DNA of 32,000 nucleotides from Desulfolithobacter dissulfuricans (GCF_025998535.1 NZ_AP024233.1:1369219-1401218); one strand, 5' to 3'. Numbered from the stretch's first letter, positions 8,591 to 18,655 are shown. Translations and numbers: made by a program. Notes: generated from the letters alone by a model not told the origin.

Positions 8591-10162
8591 ATGGCCAACA
8601 GGAGGTTCGAGATGTTTCATTACCGTCAGGTTCTCGCCCACATGCGGTCCGGGCAGTCAGATCGCCAGATTGCCAAAGCCGGTCTTATGGGACGGGCCAA
8701 GGCGTCGGAGCTCCGTCGTATCGCGACGGAACAGGGTTGGCTTGACCCCAGGCGTCCTCTGCCCGAGGACCAGACCCTGGCAGCCGTTCTCAAAGGGCCG
8801 AAGCGGCCAGCATCGGAGTCCATTCTGGCACCCTACCACGACAAGATCAAATCCTGGCACCAGCAGGGCATCGCTGGTACCACCATCCATCAGGCTCTGG
8901 TTCGCAACTACGGTTTTACCGGCAGTTATTCTGCAGTACGCCGGTATCTGCAGCAATTGAAGGCCAGTGCGCCCGAAGCTACGGTCATGCTCGACTTCAA
9001 GCCGGGCGAGGTAGCACAGGTCGACTTCGGTAAGGGGCCGAAAATCACCGACACGACCACTGGCGAGATCTTCTCCACCTGGTTCTTTGTCATGACTCTG
9101 GCCTTCAGTCGCCATCAGTACGCCGAGCTGGTCAGAGATCAGAAAATACCCACCTGGCTCGGCTGCCATCGACGGGCCTTCGAGTTCTTTGGCGGCGTTC
9201 CGGAAAAGGTCGTGGTCGACAACCTGAAGTCCGCCATCACCAAAGCGTGCTGGCGAGATCCCAAAGTCCAGCGATCCTATGCCGAACTGGCCCAGGGCTA
9301 TGGTTTTCTGATCTCGCCCTGTCCGCCCAACGAGCCCAGGAAAAAAGGCAGGGTCGAGGCCGGAGTCAAGTATATCAAACGCAGCTTTCTGCCGCTGCGC
9401 CGGTTCAGGAGCCTTGCCGACGCCAACCGGCAACTGCGCCAATGGATCCTGGAGACTGCCGGCAACCGGATCCATGGCACCACAAAGCAAAAGCCACTTA
9501 CCCTGTTCGCGGAAGCGGAAAAACATATCCTCCGGCCCCTGCCGGACAGGGCACCGGAACCAGCGGTCTGGTCCCTCCACAAGCTGCACGGCAACTGCCA
9601 CCTGCAGTTTGAGAAGTGCTTTTACTCGGCACCCTACCGACTGGTCGGCAAAGAGCTCTGGGTCAAGGCCACGGAAACGACGGTCAGGATCTTTCACGAG
9701 CATGAGCTGGTGGCGCTCCACCCCCGCAAACACAGGCCGGGTGAAAAATCGACCAGCACAGCTCACCTGCCGCCGGATGCCGTGGCCTACCTGATGCGGG
9801 ATCCGCAGTGGTGCCTCAGGCGGGCGGAGGCAATAGGACCTAACTGCTCACGGCTCATCAGGTCGCTCTTCTCTCATCGGGTTACCGACAATCTCAGAGC
9901 CGCCCAGGGTGTCATCGGACTTGCCAGGAAGTATGGCCAGGTCCGCCTGGAAGCGGCCTGCCGGCGAGCAATCATCTTTGACAGCCCCAAGTATATTACG
10001 GTCAAGACCATCCTGGCCAAGGGATTGGATCAGGAAATCCCTGATCCAGTTCCCACCCGGCTGCCACTGGCCTATACCGGCAAGGGACGTTTTCAAAGAA
10101 CATATCAGGTGATTACCGCTTCACACAGGGAGGACACGATATGCACCCCATGCCCGAACTGA
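8591..10162 (+). CDS. istA: IS21-family transposase IstA
   Basis: HTH followed by integrase core (VMLDFKPGEVAQVDFGKG, FSRHQYAELVRDQKIPTWLGCHRRAFEFFGGVPEKVVVDNLKSAI). Confidence 0.94.
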   Translation: MANRRFEMFHYRQVLAHMRSGQSDRQIAKAGLMGRAKASELRRIATEQGWLDPRRPLPEDQTLAAVLKGPKRPASESILAPYHDKIKSWHQQGIAGTTIHQALVRNYGFTGSYSAVRRYLQQLKASAPEATVMLDFKPGEVAQVDFGKGPKITDTTTGEIFSTWFFVMTLAFSRHQYAELVRDQKIPTWLGCHRRAFEFFGGVPEKVVVDNLKSAITKACWRDPKVQRSYAELAQGYGFLISPCPPNEPRKKGRVEAGVKYIKRSFLPLRRFRSLADANRQLRQWILETAGNRIHGTTKQKPLTLFAEAEKHILRPLPDRAPEPAVWSLHKLHGNCHLQFEKCFYSAPYRLVGKELWVKATETTVRIFHEHELVALHPRKHRPGEKSTSTAHLPPDAVAYLMRDPQWCLRRAEAIGPNCSRLIRSLFSHRVTDNLRAAQGVIGLARKYGQVRLEAACRRAIIFDSPKYITVKTILAKGLDQEIPDPVPTRLPLAYTGKGRFQRTYQVITASHREDTICTPCPN

Positions 10163-10926
10163 TTCCCATGCTCAAGCAACTGCGTCTCTCCGGGATCATG
10201 GACTCCCTGGAGATCCGTAACCGGCAGGCGATCGATGAAAAAATGGCCTATACCGACTTCCTCGCCCTCCTTATCCAGGACGAGGTGGCGCGGCGGACGC
10301 AACGGAAATTCGACCTGCGTATCAGGCGGGCCGGGTTCCGGAATCAGAAGACCCTGGAGGATTTCGATTTTTCCTTCAACCCTGCCATCAACAAGGCCCA
10401 GATCATGGACCTGGCTACCTGCCGCTTCATGGAGGAAAAGGCCTGTGTCCTTATCGTGGGGCCCTGCGGGACCGGGAAAAGTCATATTGCCCAGGCACTT
10501 GGCCATTGTGCCATTCGCCAGGGCCGTGACGTCCTCTTCACCACCCAGACGAAGCTGCTTGGCCAGCTCCAGGCGGCCAGGGCGACAAACTCTTATGATC
10601 GACGCCTCAATACCCTGGCCAAGGTCGATCTGCTGATCATCGACGACTTCGGGCTCAAGCCCCTCAGAACACCACAGGACGAGGATATCCACGACCTGAT
10701 CGGTGAGCGATATGAACGTCGTTCGACCATCATCACCAGCAACCTTGATCTCTCCGAGTGGCGGGACGCCTTTCCCAACAAACTGCTGGGTGCGGCCACC
10801 ATTGACCGTATACGCCACGGCGCCTATTGCGTGGTGCTCGACGGCAAAAGTTACCGGACTACAAAACCACTGCCAAAACCTCAAAAAAAGGAGGTGGAAA
10901 AAAGGGTAAAATCGTCTAAAAATTAA
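10141..10926 (+). CDS. istB: IS21-family helper ATPase IstB
   Basis: Walker A GPCGTGKSH, Walker B VDLLIIDDFG. Overlaps istA. Confidence 0.95.
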   Translation: MHPMPELIPMLKQLRLSGIMDSLEIRNRQAIDEKMAYTDFLALLIQDEVARRTQRKFDLRIRRAGFRNQKTLEDFDFSFNPAINKAQIMDLATCRFMEEKACVLIVGPCGTGKSHIAQALGHCAIRQGRDVLFTTQTKLLGQLQAARATNSYDRRLNTLAKVDLLIIDDFGLKPLRTPQDEDIHDLIGERYERRSTIITSNLDLSEWRDAFPNKLLGAATIDRIRHGAYCVVLDGKSYRTTKPLPKPQKKEVEKRVKSSKN

Positions 10927-11125
10927 CCACGTCCGAGAGCCAAAAATGACCACCTGAAAGTGGCTCGATTAACCCGATCATGGGTGGCTCGATTAGGTGA
11001 TCATTAACAGCGGGTAAACCTGCTGTCCCAGTGAGGGTATTCCAGCCGGTGCTCTCTGTCCGTTCTGCGTATCAATGCCAACGCCCCGGGGCGCGGCGAT
11101 AACAAAAAATCTGCAAGGAAGATCC

Positions 11126-11722
11126 ATGCCCTTTCTGCGGTCCCTGTTCGATAAATGGCCCCAGAACATCCTCAGGCCCGTCGCGGTCAACGTGTTGTCC
11201 GCTGTAGTCCTGTTCCTGCTGGCCGTTTCCCTCAAGCCGCTGGTATTCAGCCTATTCCAGGGGCCGCAGCTGCCGGAATATCCCCTGTTCTGCACTGCGG
11301 AACCCTACCTGGGCAGCGGAAACAGGGAGATGAATATTGATTTTTTCATCATCAACCGGACCGGTGAACCGCGTACCCGGGAGCAGCTGATCCGTGATCT
11401 CAGGGCGTTGAACCCTGATGCGGACAGAACCCTTTCGCCCGATATTGAACTGGAACTGAACAGGGAGGGTGAGGTGCAGGTTCTGCAGGATAAAGACTTC
11501 AACAGTGGCAAGGGCAGGCTCCGTGTGGTCAGAGATCCGGAGGGCCAGAAGATCAAAATCATTGTGGACCGGATTGAACCCCGGGCAATTCTGAAGGTTG
11601 TCATTCGTGTATCAGGAGTGCGTTTTGTAAGCCGGAAGCTGAACAGGGGTGTGAAGGGAGAAGTAGGCAGAGTACTCAGGAATTATGAACAGTTCCAGGA
11701 CAGTTGCTATACAGAACAATAG
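11126..11722 (+). CDS. Hypothetical membrane-anchored protein
   Basis: MPFLRSLFDKWPQNILRPVAVNVLSAVVLFLLAVSLKPLVFSLF is one clear hydrophobic segment followed by a soluble domain. Probably co-transcribed with the 7799 gene before the IS21 insertion. Confidence 0.6.
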   Translation: MPFLRSLFDKWPQNILRPVAVNVLSAVVLFLLAVSLKPLVFSLFQGPQLPEYPLFCTAEPYLGSGNREMNIDFFIINRTGEPRTREQLIRDLRALNPDADRTLSPDIELELNREGEVQVLQDKDFNSGKGRLRVVRDPEGQKIKIIVDRIEPRAILKVVIRVSGVRFVSRKLNRGVKGEVGRVLRNYEQFQDSCYTEQ

Positions 11723-11820
11723 CCCTTCCTGCTCCATCCGGGTCGTAGCTGTTGAGTTTGATTATTTATGATCGGGCCAGTCCACGATTTTTCATTGGGG
11801 AGAACTTCCAGGACAATAAG

Positions 11821-11889
11821 TTGTTCCAGGGACAGCATACTTAATTAGTCGATCTTGGCAGGTTGTTCCAGGGACAGCATACTTAATTA
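11821..11889. repeat. Two 27-bp direct repeats TTGTTCCAGGGACAGCATACTTAATTA (11821-11847, 11863-11889)
   Basis: Exact 27-nt match with 42-nt periodicity in a gene-poor stretch. Confidence 0.9.
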
Positions 11890-12320
11890 TTGAACTCGAA
11901 GGGACAACCCTACAGGGACACTCTGTCTTTTTGCCATGCGGATTACTTGCACATTGCTGGATAATCCGTTTCCTGCTGCCCTGCCGAACTTCCAGCTTCG
12001 CATCTCACGTAAGTAGTAAAACCCTCTATCGTCTGTATCGGAACACTTACAAGCCGGTATCCGATGTCCCCCGGGCAGTGACATGTTTTGCTATCTTGCC
12101 CGGAGCCTCGGCATGAATGGCGTATCTCCCTGTTGGCGACGTCTTTGTCTCCGGCATCCTTCATGCCCTATCACACCGTAACGCCCTTGCCTTTGACTGG
12201 TAATTTATGCTAAGTTAGCCATTTTGCGTTGGAAGACTTACAGGGAATTCTCCCCCCGTAAGCGCAAAAAGAACCGCATCTTCAATAACACGGTAAGTTC
12301 TGCCATACTGTCAAGCAACC

Positions 12321-12698
12321 ATGATACCTATTCACAGGAGGTTGCGTATGAGCAGAAAGAACGAGCAGGTAAATGATGCACTTGGCCAGCACCACTGGCA
12401 GGCCCATGTAAAAGCACTTGATCGGAGCGGTCTGAGTCGGGCCGAGTACTGTCGCCGGAGGGGAGTATCCTACCATGCCCTGACCTACTGGTGCCGAAAG
12501 CTGGGCCGCACCGATGGCAATCAGGAGAGGAGACTGGTTCCCGCCGGTGTTTTACATGGTGCCTGCCGGACTCGTGTCCAGAGAGGATCTGCTCCATTAC
12601 GGATTACCTGCCTGCCCGGCAACCTGACCGTGGAAGTGGAGAACGACTTTTCGCCTTCTGCCCTTTCCAGGTTGCTGGCGGTCCTGGAGCAGCGATAA
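12321..12698 (+). CDS. tnpA: IS66-family accessory protein TnpA
   Basis: HWQAHVKALDRSGLSRAEYCRRRGVSYHALTYWCRKL. Located directly before tnpB. Confidence 0.85.
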   Translation: MIPIHRRLRMSRKNEQVNDALGQHHWQAHVKALDRSGLSRAEYCRRRGVSYHALTYWCRKLGRTDGNQERRLVPAGVLHGACRTRVQRGSAPLRITCLPGNLTVEVENDFSPSALSRLLAVLEQR

Positions 12699-13051
12699 TG
12701 TTTTTTCCCGCAAGTTCTGTCCGGGTCTATATCGCCCCGGGTCCAACAGACATGCGCAAGTCGATCAACGGGTTGTCCATTCTGGTTGCCGAGGAGCTGG
12801 AACTGGACCCTTTGTCCGGTCATCTGTTCGGATTCTGCAACCGGAAGCGGGATATGGTCAAGGTGCTCTACTGGGACAGCAACGGATTTTGCCTGTGGCA
12901 CAAACGGCTGGAAAAGGATCGGTTCAGCTGGCCGCAGACTGAGGCAGAGGTCCTTGCCATCAGGGGTCGGGAGCTGGCCTGGCTGTTGGATGGCCTGTCC
13001 CTGGACCGATGCTGTGGGCACGAGGAACTGCGCTATGAATTGGTGGTGTAA
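12698..13051 (+). CDS. tnpB: IS66-family accessory protein TnpB (Orf2)
   Basis: VYIAPGPTDMRKSINGLSILV...FCNRKRDMVKVLYWDSNGFCLWHKRLEKDRFSWP. TAATG overlap with tnpA. Confidence 0.94.
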   Translation: MFFPASSVRVYIAPGPTDMRKSINGLSILVAEELELDPLSGHLFGFCNRKRDMVKVLYWDSNGFCLWHKRLEKDRFSWPQTEAEVLAIRGRELAWLLDGLSLDRCCGHEELRYELVV

Positions 13052-13110
13052 AGCACACTTTTTTGCAGAAAAACCTTGAAAAAACAAGATGATATGTTAC
13101 ATATACGTCT

Positions 13111-14679
13111 ATGAAAATAGACGTATCCACATTGCCCGAAGACAGCGAACAGCTCAAGCAGATCCTGCTTGAGATCCTTGAGCGCCATGACCGGGAAACC
13201 AGCATCCTGCACGAGCAGGTCCGCCATCTGAGGGCCTTGCTGTTCAGTCGCACGAGCGAAAAAACTCCTGTTGTTAACAACAAGGTCCAACTGCCCCTGT
13301 TCGATATGCCCGAGCCTTCGGATGTGGAGCCTGCCGACCCTGGGGTTGAGGTCACTGGTCATACCCGCAGGAAGCGCGGCCGGAAACCTCTGCCCGAGGA
13401 CCTGCCCAGGATCGAGGTCGTTCATGATATCGACGACAAGGACAAGGTCTGCCGTTGCGGCTGCGAGCTGACCCGCATAGGGGAGGAGGTGTCCGAGCAG
13501 CTCGATATCGTTCCGGCCCGGGTGCAGGTGATTCGTCATATCCGTCCCAAGTATGCCTGCAGGAACTGTGAAGGCGTGCAGGACGAGGGGCCGACAGTAA
13601 AGGTTGCTCCGCCGCCGGCACAGATTATCCCGAAGTCCATTGCCACGGCTGGGTTGCTGTCTCATATCCTGGTGGCAAAGTTTGTTGACCACCTGCCGTT
13701 TTATCGGCAGGAAAAGCTGTTTGCCCGCATTGGGCTGGAACTGTCGCGTGCATCCATGTGCAACTGGGCCATGCAGGCGGCCAAAGCCTGCCAGCCCCTG
13801 CTCAACCTGCTCCAGGAGGAAGTTCTTGCCGGGTCTTATATCCATGTCGATGAGACCACGGTCCAGGTCTTGAAGGAGCCGGGCCGGAAGCCGACGTCAA
13901 AATCCTACATGTGGATCTTTCAAAGGGGAGATCCCGACAGGCAGGTGTTGATCTATCAGTACCATCCGACCCGGAGCGGAGATGTGGCCAGGAACTTCCT
14001 CGATGGTTTCAGGGGATACGTGCAGACAGACGGCTATTCCGGTTATGATTTTCTTGACCAGGTTGATGGGATCCGACATGTCGGCTGCTGGGCACACGCA
14101 CGACGTAAGTTCAAGGATGTGGTCAGGGCCCAGGGTAAAAACAGAAAACGCGGCAGTGCGGACAAGGCACTGGGTTATATCTCCAGGCTCTACAGCCTGG
14201 AAAAGAAGTGGAAGAAAACAGGGCTTGTCCGGGAGGAGATCCATCGGCTGCGCCAGGAACAGTCCAGGCCGATCCTGGATGACTTTTACAGATGGCTGGT
14301 GAAAAGATCCTCCCAGACACCGCCCAAGGGGTTACTCGGCCAGGCCATTTCCTACTCCCTGCGCCAGTGGGATCGTCTTGTGGGCTACCTGGAAGATGGG
14401 AGGCTATCTATGGACAACAATAGAGCAGAAAACAGTATCCGTCCCTTTGTAGTCGGCCGCAAGAACTGGCTCTTTTCTGGCACTCCGGAAGGAGCAGAGG
14501 CCAGCGCCCTGATCTACAGCCTGGTCGAGACAGCCAGGGCCAATGGACAGGAGCCTTACAATTACCTGCGCTACATCTTCGAGAAGATACCCCTGGCTGC
14601 CACCCTGGAGGATTACGAGGCCATGCTGCCGTGGAATATTGATCCCAGGCAGTTGATCGGCCAGTTAGGTGGGGATTAA
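13111..14679 (+). CDS. tnpC: IS66-family transposase TnpC, 522 aa
   Basis: Zn-binding CRCGCEL / YACRNCE, DETTVQVLKEPGRKPTSKSYMWIFQRG, DNNRAENSIRPFVVGRKNWLFSGTPEGAEASA. Confidence 0.95.
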   Translation: MKIDVSTLPEDSEQLKQILLEILERHDRETSILHEQVRHLRALLFSRTSEKTPVVNNKVQLPLFDMPEPSDVEPADPGVEVTGHTRRKRGRKPLPEDLPRIEVVHDIDDKDKVCRCGCELTRIGEEVSEQLDIVPARVQVIRHIRPKYACRNCEGVQDEGPTVKVAPPPAQIIPKSIATAGLLSHILVAKFVDHLPFYRQEKLFARIGLELSRASMCNWAMQAAKACQPLLNLLQEEVLAGSYIHVDETTVQVLKEPGRKPTSKSYMWIFQRGDPDRQVLIYQYHPTRSGDVARNFLDGFRGYVQTDGYSGYDFLDQVDGIRHVGCWAHARRKFKDVVRAQGKNRKRGSADKALGYISRLYSLEKKWKKTGLVREEIHRLRQEQSRPILDDFYRWLVKRSSQTPPKGLLGQAISYSLRQWDRLVGYLEDGRLSMDNNRAENSIRPFVVGRKNWLFSGTPEGAEASALIYSLVETARANGQEPYNYLRYIFEKIPLAATLEDYEAMLPWNIDPRQLIGQLGGD

Positions 14680-14962
14680 TTTGCGGTTACGGGAATTCTC
14701 CCCCCCATAAGCTCACGCCCGTGCCGCGCGGACACAAGGTAATCAACTCAGACCGCAAAATATTGGCGGTTTTCCGAATTAATCATCTCACTCATATTAT
14801 ATTGGTTTATTAGAGATTATCTTCTCGATCTTTTGTGTCTGGATGTCTGGGACAGTTATCTGTTATCTGGAACGTTAAATTTTAAATATACATCTATTAG
14901 GTTAGTAATTAATTACTATAAAAATGCATTTGATTTCTTGTTTTGTTTAAAGGGATATTGTT

Positions 14963-15801
14963 GTGAGTGAAAATATTGTTAGCAAGTTGAAGGAAAGGGT
15001 AAACGAATTAGAAAGGCAGGTTGAAAACCTGCTAAAAAATCAAGAAACTACGCAAGCTATTCTGGAAGCAATGCCAGATAGCATTTTTATATTAGACAAT
15101 AAATATGTGTTCAGGTGTTATTATACTCAAAAAGTTGAAGAATTATACGCTCCACCTGATTTTTTCATTAATAAAAAAATTAACGAAGTTCTTCCTGCAG
15201 AGCTTTCCGCGTTAACTATGGAAAGTATTGATAACGTATTGCGTTCAAAGCAAATTCATAGTTATGAATATTCATTAGAAATGAAAGGTGAAATTCGTTT
15301 CTATGAAGCTAGGATGGTTCCAAAAGGAGATAAAGAAGTACTGACCATTGTCAGAGAAATAACAGAACGTAAAAATTATGAAAAAGAAATATTGAGGTTG
15401 GCAACAGTAGTTGAGCAAGCTAGCCAGGTAATTGTAATTTTTGATTCAGAAGGAAATATTGAGTATGTGAATCCAGCGTTTGAAAAATCTACTGGATATA
15501 CCTTTGCGGAAGCGAAAGGACAAAATTGGCGTATTCTGAAAATCTGTGAATTAGATGCCCATGTTTATGAAGAGTTGTGGGATACCATTTCAAGTGGAAA
15601 AGTATGGCATGGAATTTTTCATAATAAGAAAAAAGACGGGACTATGTTTTATGAAAAAGCTACAATTTTTCCAATAAAAAACACTGAAGGTCAAATAGTG
15701 AACTATGCAGCAGTAAAACAAGACATTACAATAGAGAAAAAGCTGGAAACACAGTTAAGGCAATCGGTTAAGATGGAGTCTATTGGCAACTTAGCCGGAG
15801 G
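14963..15801 (+). pseudogene. Hybrid sensor histidine kinase, fragment 1 (coiled coil plus two PAS domains, up to NLAGG)
   Basis: PAS motifs (AILEAMPDSIFILDNKYVF; VIVIFDSEGNIEYVNPAFEKSTGYTFAEAKG). Ends MESIGNLAGG just before the H-box. Confidence 0.93.
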
Positions 15802-15962
15802 TGGAAATGACAACCGAAAAATGACCACCTGTGCTAACCCAAATTTGACCACCCTGAGCTTTGGTTAAAAAATGGCGGTTCAAGCCTGGCCAGTAATGGA
15901 GGGAGCCCTACGGGCGACCGGAATTACTGGCCAGGCTTGGTGGCCGCAGTTTACGCTATTCG

Positions 15963-16796
15963 TTACCTTGTCACGGATACCGGCTGATCAGTTCCCTGCC
16001 CCTGTCGTGGCTGTTCGCAGCTCTGGGAAATTTCTGAACCGTTTGAACGACGGTCGGCAAGGCTTTGTCTCAGGCGGTAGCTCTCCCAGTTACAGTTGAT
16101 GATTCTGGCCTTGTGGGTCAGCCGGTCCAGCAGGGCCGCGGTCATGGCCTGGTCCCCAAAGACCTGGGTCCAGTCGGCAAAGCCAAGGTTGCTGGTGATC
16201 ATCACCGAGCCCTTTTCATGGCGCTCGGCCAGAACCTGAAAGAGCAGTTCCGCTCCTTCTTTGGAAAAAGGGATATACCCCAACTCGTCAAGGATCAGGA
16301 GGTCGTAACGGCTGTACCGTTTCAGCAACCGCTGCAGATCACGATCCTCCCGGGCCTCGATCAGCTCGTTGACCAGGCCGTAGCAGGTCACAAAACGGGT
16401 TCGGTAATTGTTCTTGCAGGCCTCCAGGCCAAGCGCCGTGGCCATATGGGTCTTGCCGGTACCGCTTGGGCCAAGAAAAATCACATTCCTATGTTCCCGG
16501 ATGTACTCGCAGGTCGTCAGTTCCCTGAACATCCTGATATCCAGCTCCGGCACGGCCGACAGGTCAAAGGTCTCCAGGGGCTTGAGCAGCGGGAACCGGG
16601 CCTCGCGGATTCTCCGTTTCAAACGGTTGGCCGCCCGTGACGCGATCTCCAGACGGGTCAGATCGATGAGCAGCTCGTCATACCCCATGCCGGAGTCCCG
16701 GGCCTGCCGGAGAGTGGTTTCCAGTTCCCGGACCATGGCCGACAGTTTCAGATCTTTCAGGTTCGCCTTGAGCTCAAACAGGCCAGTTTCGTTCAT
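15963..16796 (-). CDS. istB: IstB-like helper ATPase
   Basis: VIFLGPSGTGKTHMATALG (Walker A), YDLLILDELGYIPFSKEGAELLFQVLAERHEKGSVMITSN. Confidence 0.94.
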   Translation of the reverse strand: MNETGLFELKANLKDLKLSAMVRELETTLRQARDSGMGYDELLIDLTRLEIASRAANRLKRRIREARFPLLKPLETFDLSAVPELDIRMFRELTTCEYIREHRNVIFLGPSGTGKTHMATALGLEACKNNYRTRFVTCYGLVNELIEAREDRDLQRLLKRYSRYDLLILDELGYIPFSKEGAELLFQVLAERHEKGSVMITSNLGFADWTQVFGDQAMTAALLDRLTHKARIINCNWESYRLRQSLADRRSNGSEISQSCEQPRQGQGTDQPVSVTR

Positions 16797-18337
16797 TGCA
16801 CACCTCCCAACTGGCCATATTGACGGATGTCGGCAGGGGCTATGGTCTCCCAGCCATCCAGGGGAGCTGTCTCCACCCGGGGTTCGTTGGCATAAATGAG
16901 CACATGGCGGACTCCTTCACTCGAGCTGATCCCCTGTTCCACGGCCAGTTCCACGGCCGCCTCGACCTCGGTGGCCGTATATCGGCGATGCAGCATCAGC
17001 ACCGATAGAAAATCCTTGATCCCCCGGGTCTCCCCCTGGGCCTGCTGAAATCGTTCCAGAAGACTCTCGTAGCAGGCGGGCCACCTAGACCGCCACTGGC
17101 GAATGGGACGGGCGCTGTCAAAGGCCATGGGACGCTGCCGGAGCAGGTCCAGGTAATGGTCGGGATCCAGCTGCCACTTATTGTTGCCAAATACCCGCTC
17201 ATGTTCGGCAACCTTTTGGCTCCTCAGGTAAATGGATACTCTGTCCACGCCAAGCAGGATGCTGACCTGATGCCCGACCAGGCTGGTCGGGACCGAATAG
17301 CGGTTCTTGTCGACAATCACGGTCCCAAACTTGTCCACCTTTCCGCTTGTGGATAACTGGTTGCTGTATACCTGGGCAGGCAGGGTAAGAAGCCGCTCCT
17401 TCTCCATGGCATGGAGCTCATTCACGGTGTGCTCCCGGCCTGATATGATATGTCCACCATAGGCCTGGCACCGTTTGAGGAGATTCCTGTTGAGTTCTTC
17501 CAGGCTGTCAACAACCGGGATGGGAACCAGGTAGTTGCGCCGGGAAAAACCCACCAGACCTTCGACGCCGCCCTTCTCATTGCCCGCGGCCGGATTGGTG
17601 AAGCGTGCCTCGAAGTTGTGGTAGCTCCGAAATTTGACAAACGACTCCTGCTCGATGCGGTTACGCCCCTGCAGGACCTTGCGCACAGCCGTGGTCAGGT
17701 TGTCATAGATCAGGACAGGGAAAATACCCCCGAAAAACTGAAAACCATGCTGGTGGGCATCGAAAAAAGCCTGCTGACGTTCACATGGATAGGCGCGGAC
17801 AAAGTGTTTGCCCGAGTACCTGGACCGCATGCAGAACAGCTTAATCGTCTGCCTCTTCCCGCCAAGCACCACCGTGGCCGTGCCCCAGTCAACTTCAGCC
17901 TCCAGCCCGGCTTCAGGATCACAGGGGATAAAGGCCCCGGGGACGTTCAGCCCCAGCCGGGCTTTTGCAATCCTCACATAGCGACGGACTGTCGACTCAC
18001 CTCCGCTATAGCCATATTCCTCGACAAGACGGTGGTAAATCCGACGGGAGGTATGTCGCTGCTTCTTCGGAACAGCCCTGTCACCTTCCAGCCAACCGTC
18101 TATCACCTCAAGATACCTCCCTAATACAGGATACGGCTGATTCTTCCGTTCACTGTAGCCCCAAGGTTCTCCCCGAAGCGCTTTCTTCACTGTATTGCGG
18201 GAATGTCCGGTCATCCTCGACAACTCACTGATGTTCTTGCCATACACTCGATGGGCCGTCCGTATGAACTCGTACTGATCCATGCTGAGCAACTCCTCTC
18301 CTCCCTGGTTATGGTTTTTCCTCCTACCATAACACAC
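16793..18337 (-). CDS. istA: IS21-family transposase IstA
   Basis: N-terminal HTH, integrase core (LEAEVDWGTATVVLGGKRQTIKLFCMRSRYSGKHFVRAYPCERQQAFFDAHQHGFQFFGGIFPVLIYDNLTTAV). Confidence 0.94.
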   Translation of the reverse strand: MCYGRRKNHNQGGEELLSMDQYEFIRTAHRVYGKNISELSRMTGHSRNTVKKALRGEPWGYSERKNQPYPVLGRYLEVIDGWLEGDRAVPKKQRHTSRRIYHRLVEEYGYSGGESTVRRYVRIAKARLGLNVPGAFIPCDPEAGLEAEVDWGTATVVLGGKRQTIKLFCMRSRYSGKHFVRAYPCERQQAFFDAHQHGFQFFGGIFPVLIYDNLTTAVRKVLQGRNRIEQESFVKFRSYHNFEARFTNPAAGNEKGGVEGLVGFSRRNYLVPIPVVDSLEELNRNLLKRCQAYGGHIISGREHTVNELHAMEKERLLTLPAQVYSNQLSTSGKVDKFGTVIVDKNRYSVPTSLVGHQVSILLGVDRVSIYLRSQKVAEHERVFGNNKWQLDPDHYLDLLRQRPMAFDSARPIRQWRSRWPACYESLLERFQQAQGETRGIKDFLSVLMLHRRYTATEVEAAVELAVEQGISSSEGVRHVLIYANEPRVETAPLDGWETIAPADIRQYGQLGGVQ

Positions 18338-18422
18338 GGAAATTCTGCGCTCAGGGTGGTCAATTTTCCGTTAGCACAACACCTCTTTTCTGGTCAATTT
18401 TAGGTTAGCACAACCACGGAGG

Positions 18423-18655
18423 TATCGCTCATGATTTTAATAATCTTTTGACAGTTATAAATGGATATGCCGAGATGGCATTAATGCGGATCGATGAAAA
18501 CAATCCACTGTATAATGCTGTTACGTCGATACGGCAAGCCGGAAAAAAAGCTGAAAATTTAACCAGTCAATTGTTGGCATTCAGCCGAAAACAAATATAT
18601 AAGCCTGAAGTACTGAATATTAATAATGCTATTAAATCATTGGACAATATGCTGC
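18423..18655 (+). pseudogene. Hybrid sensor histidine kinase, fragment 2 (HisKA/dimerisation region)
   Basis: Joined to fragment 1 it reads NLAGG|IAHDFNNLLTVINGYAEMALMRIDENNPLYNAVTSIRQAGKKAENLTSQLLAFSRKQ...SLDNML, a textbook H-box and following region. Confidence 0.92.

Larger units (their letters stand above)
8352..11009 (+). mobile_element. IS21-family element, copy 1 (2658 bp)
   Basis: Ends TGTTAATGA...TCATTAACA. Flanking 5-bp direct repeat GCGGG (8347-8351 and 11010-11014). Contains istA and istB. Confidence 0.95.
12258..14690 (+). mobile_element. IS66-family element (about 2433 bp)
   Basis: Ends GTAAGCGCAAAAAGAACC / (reverse complement) GTAACCGCAAATTAATCC. Encloses tnpA, tnpB and tnpC. 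Confidence 0.85.
15802..18416 (-). mobile_element. IS21-like element of a second type (2615 bp)
   Basis: Ends TGG...CCA. Flanking 6-bp direct repeat CGGAGG (15796-15801 and 18417-18422). Internal terminal repeats GTGCTAACC...ATTTGACCACCCTGAGC are present at both ends. Confidence 0.9.

Noticed and set aside
8657-9766. Minus-strand 369-aa ORF inside IS21 copy 1, mirrored in copy 2
   Set aside because: It is the complement of istA. Its conservation between copies follows from istA conservation.
16793-18337. IstA/IstB pair adjacent to a histidine kinase as a possible novel regulatory module
   Set aside because: Clear TG...CA ends, a CGGAGG duplication and exact frame restoration of the kinase show this is an ordinary IS21-type insertion.
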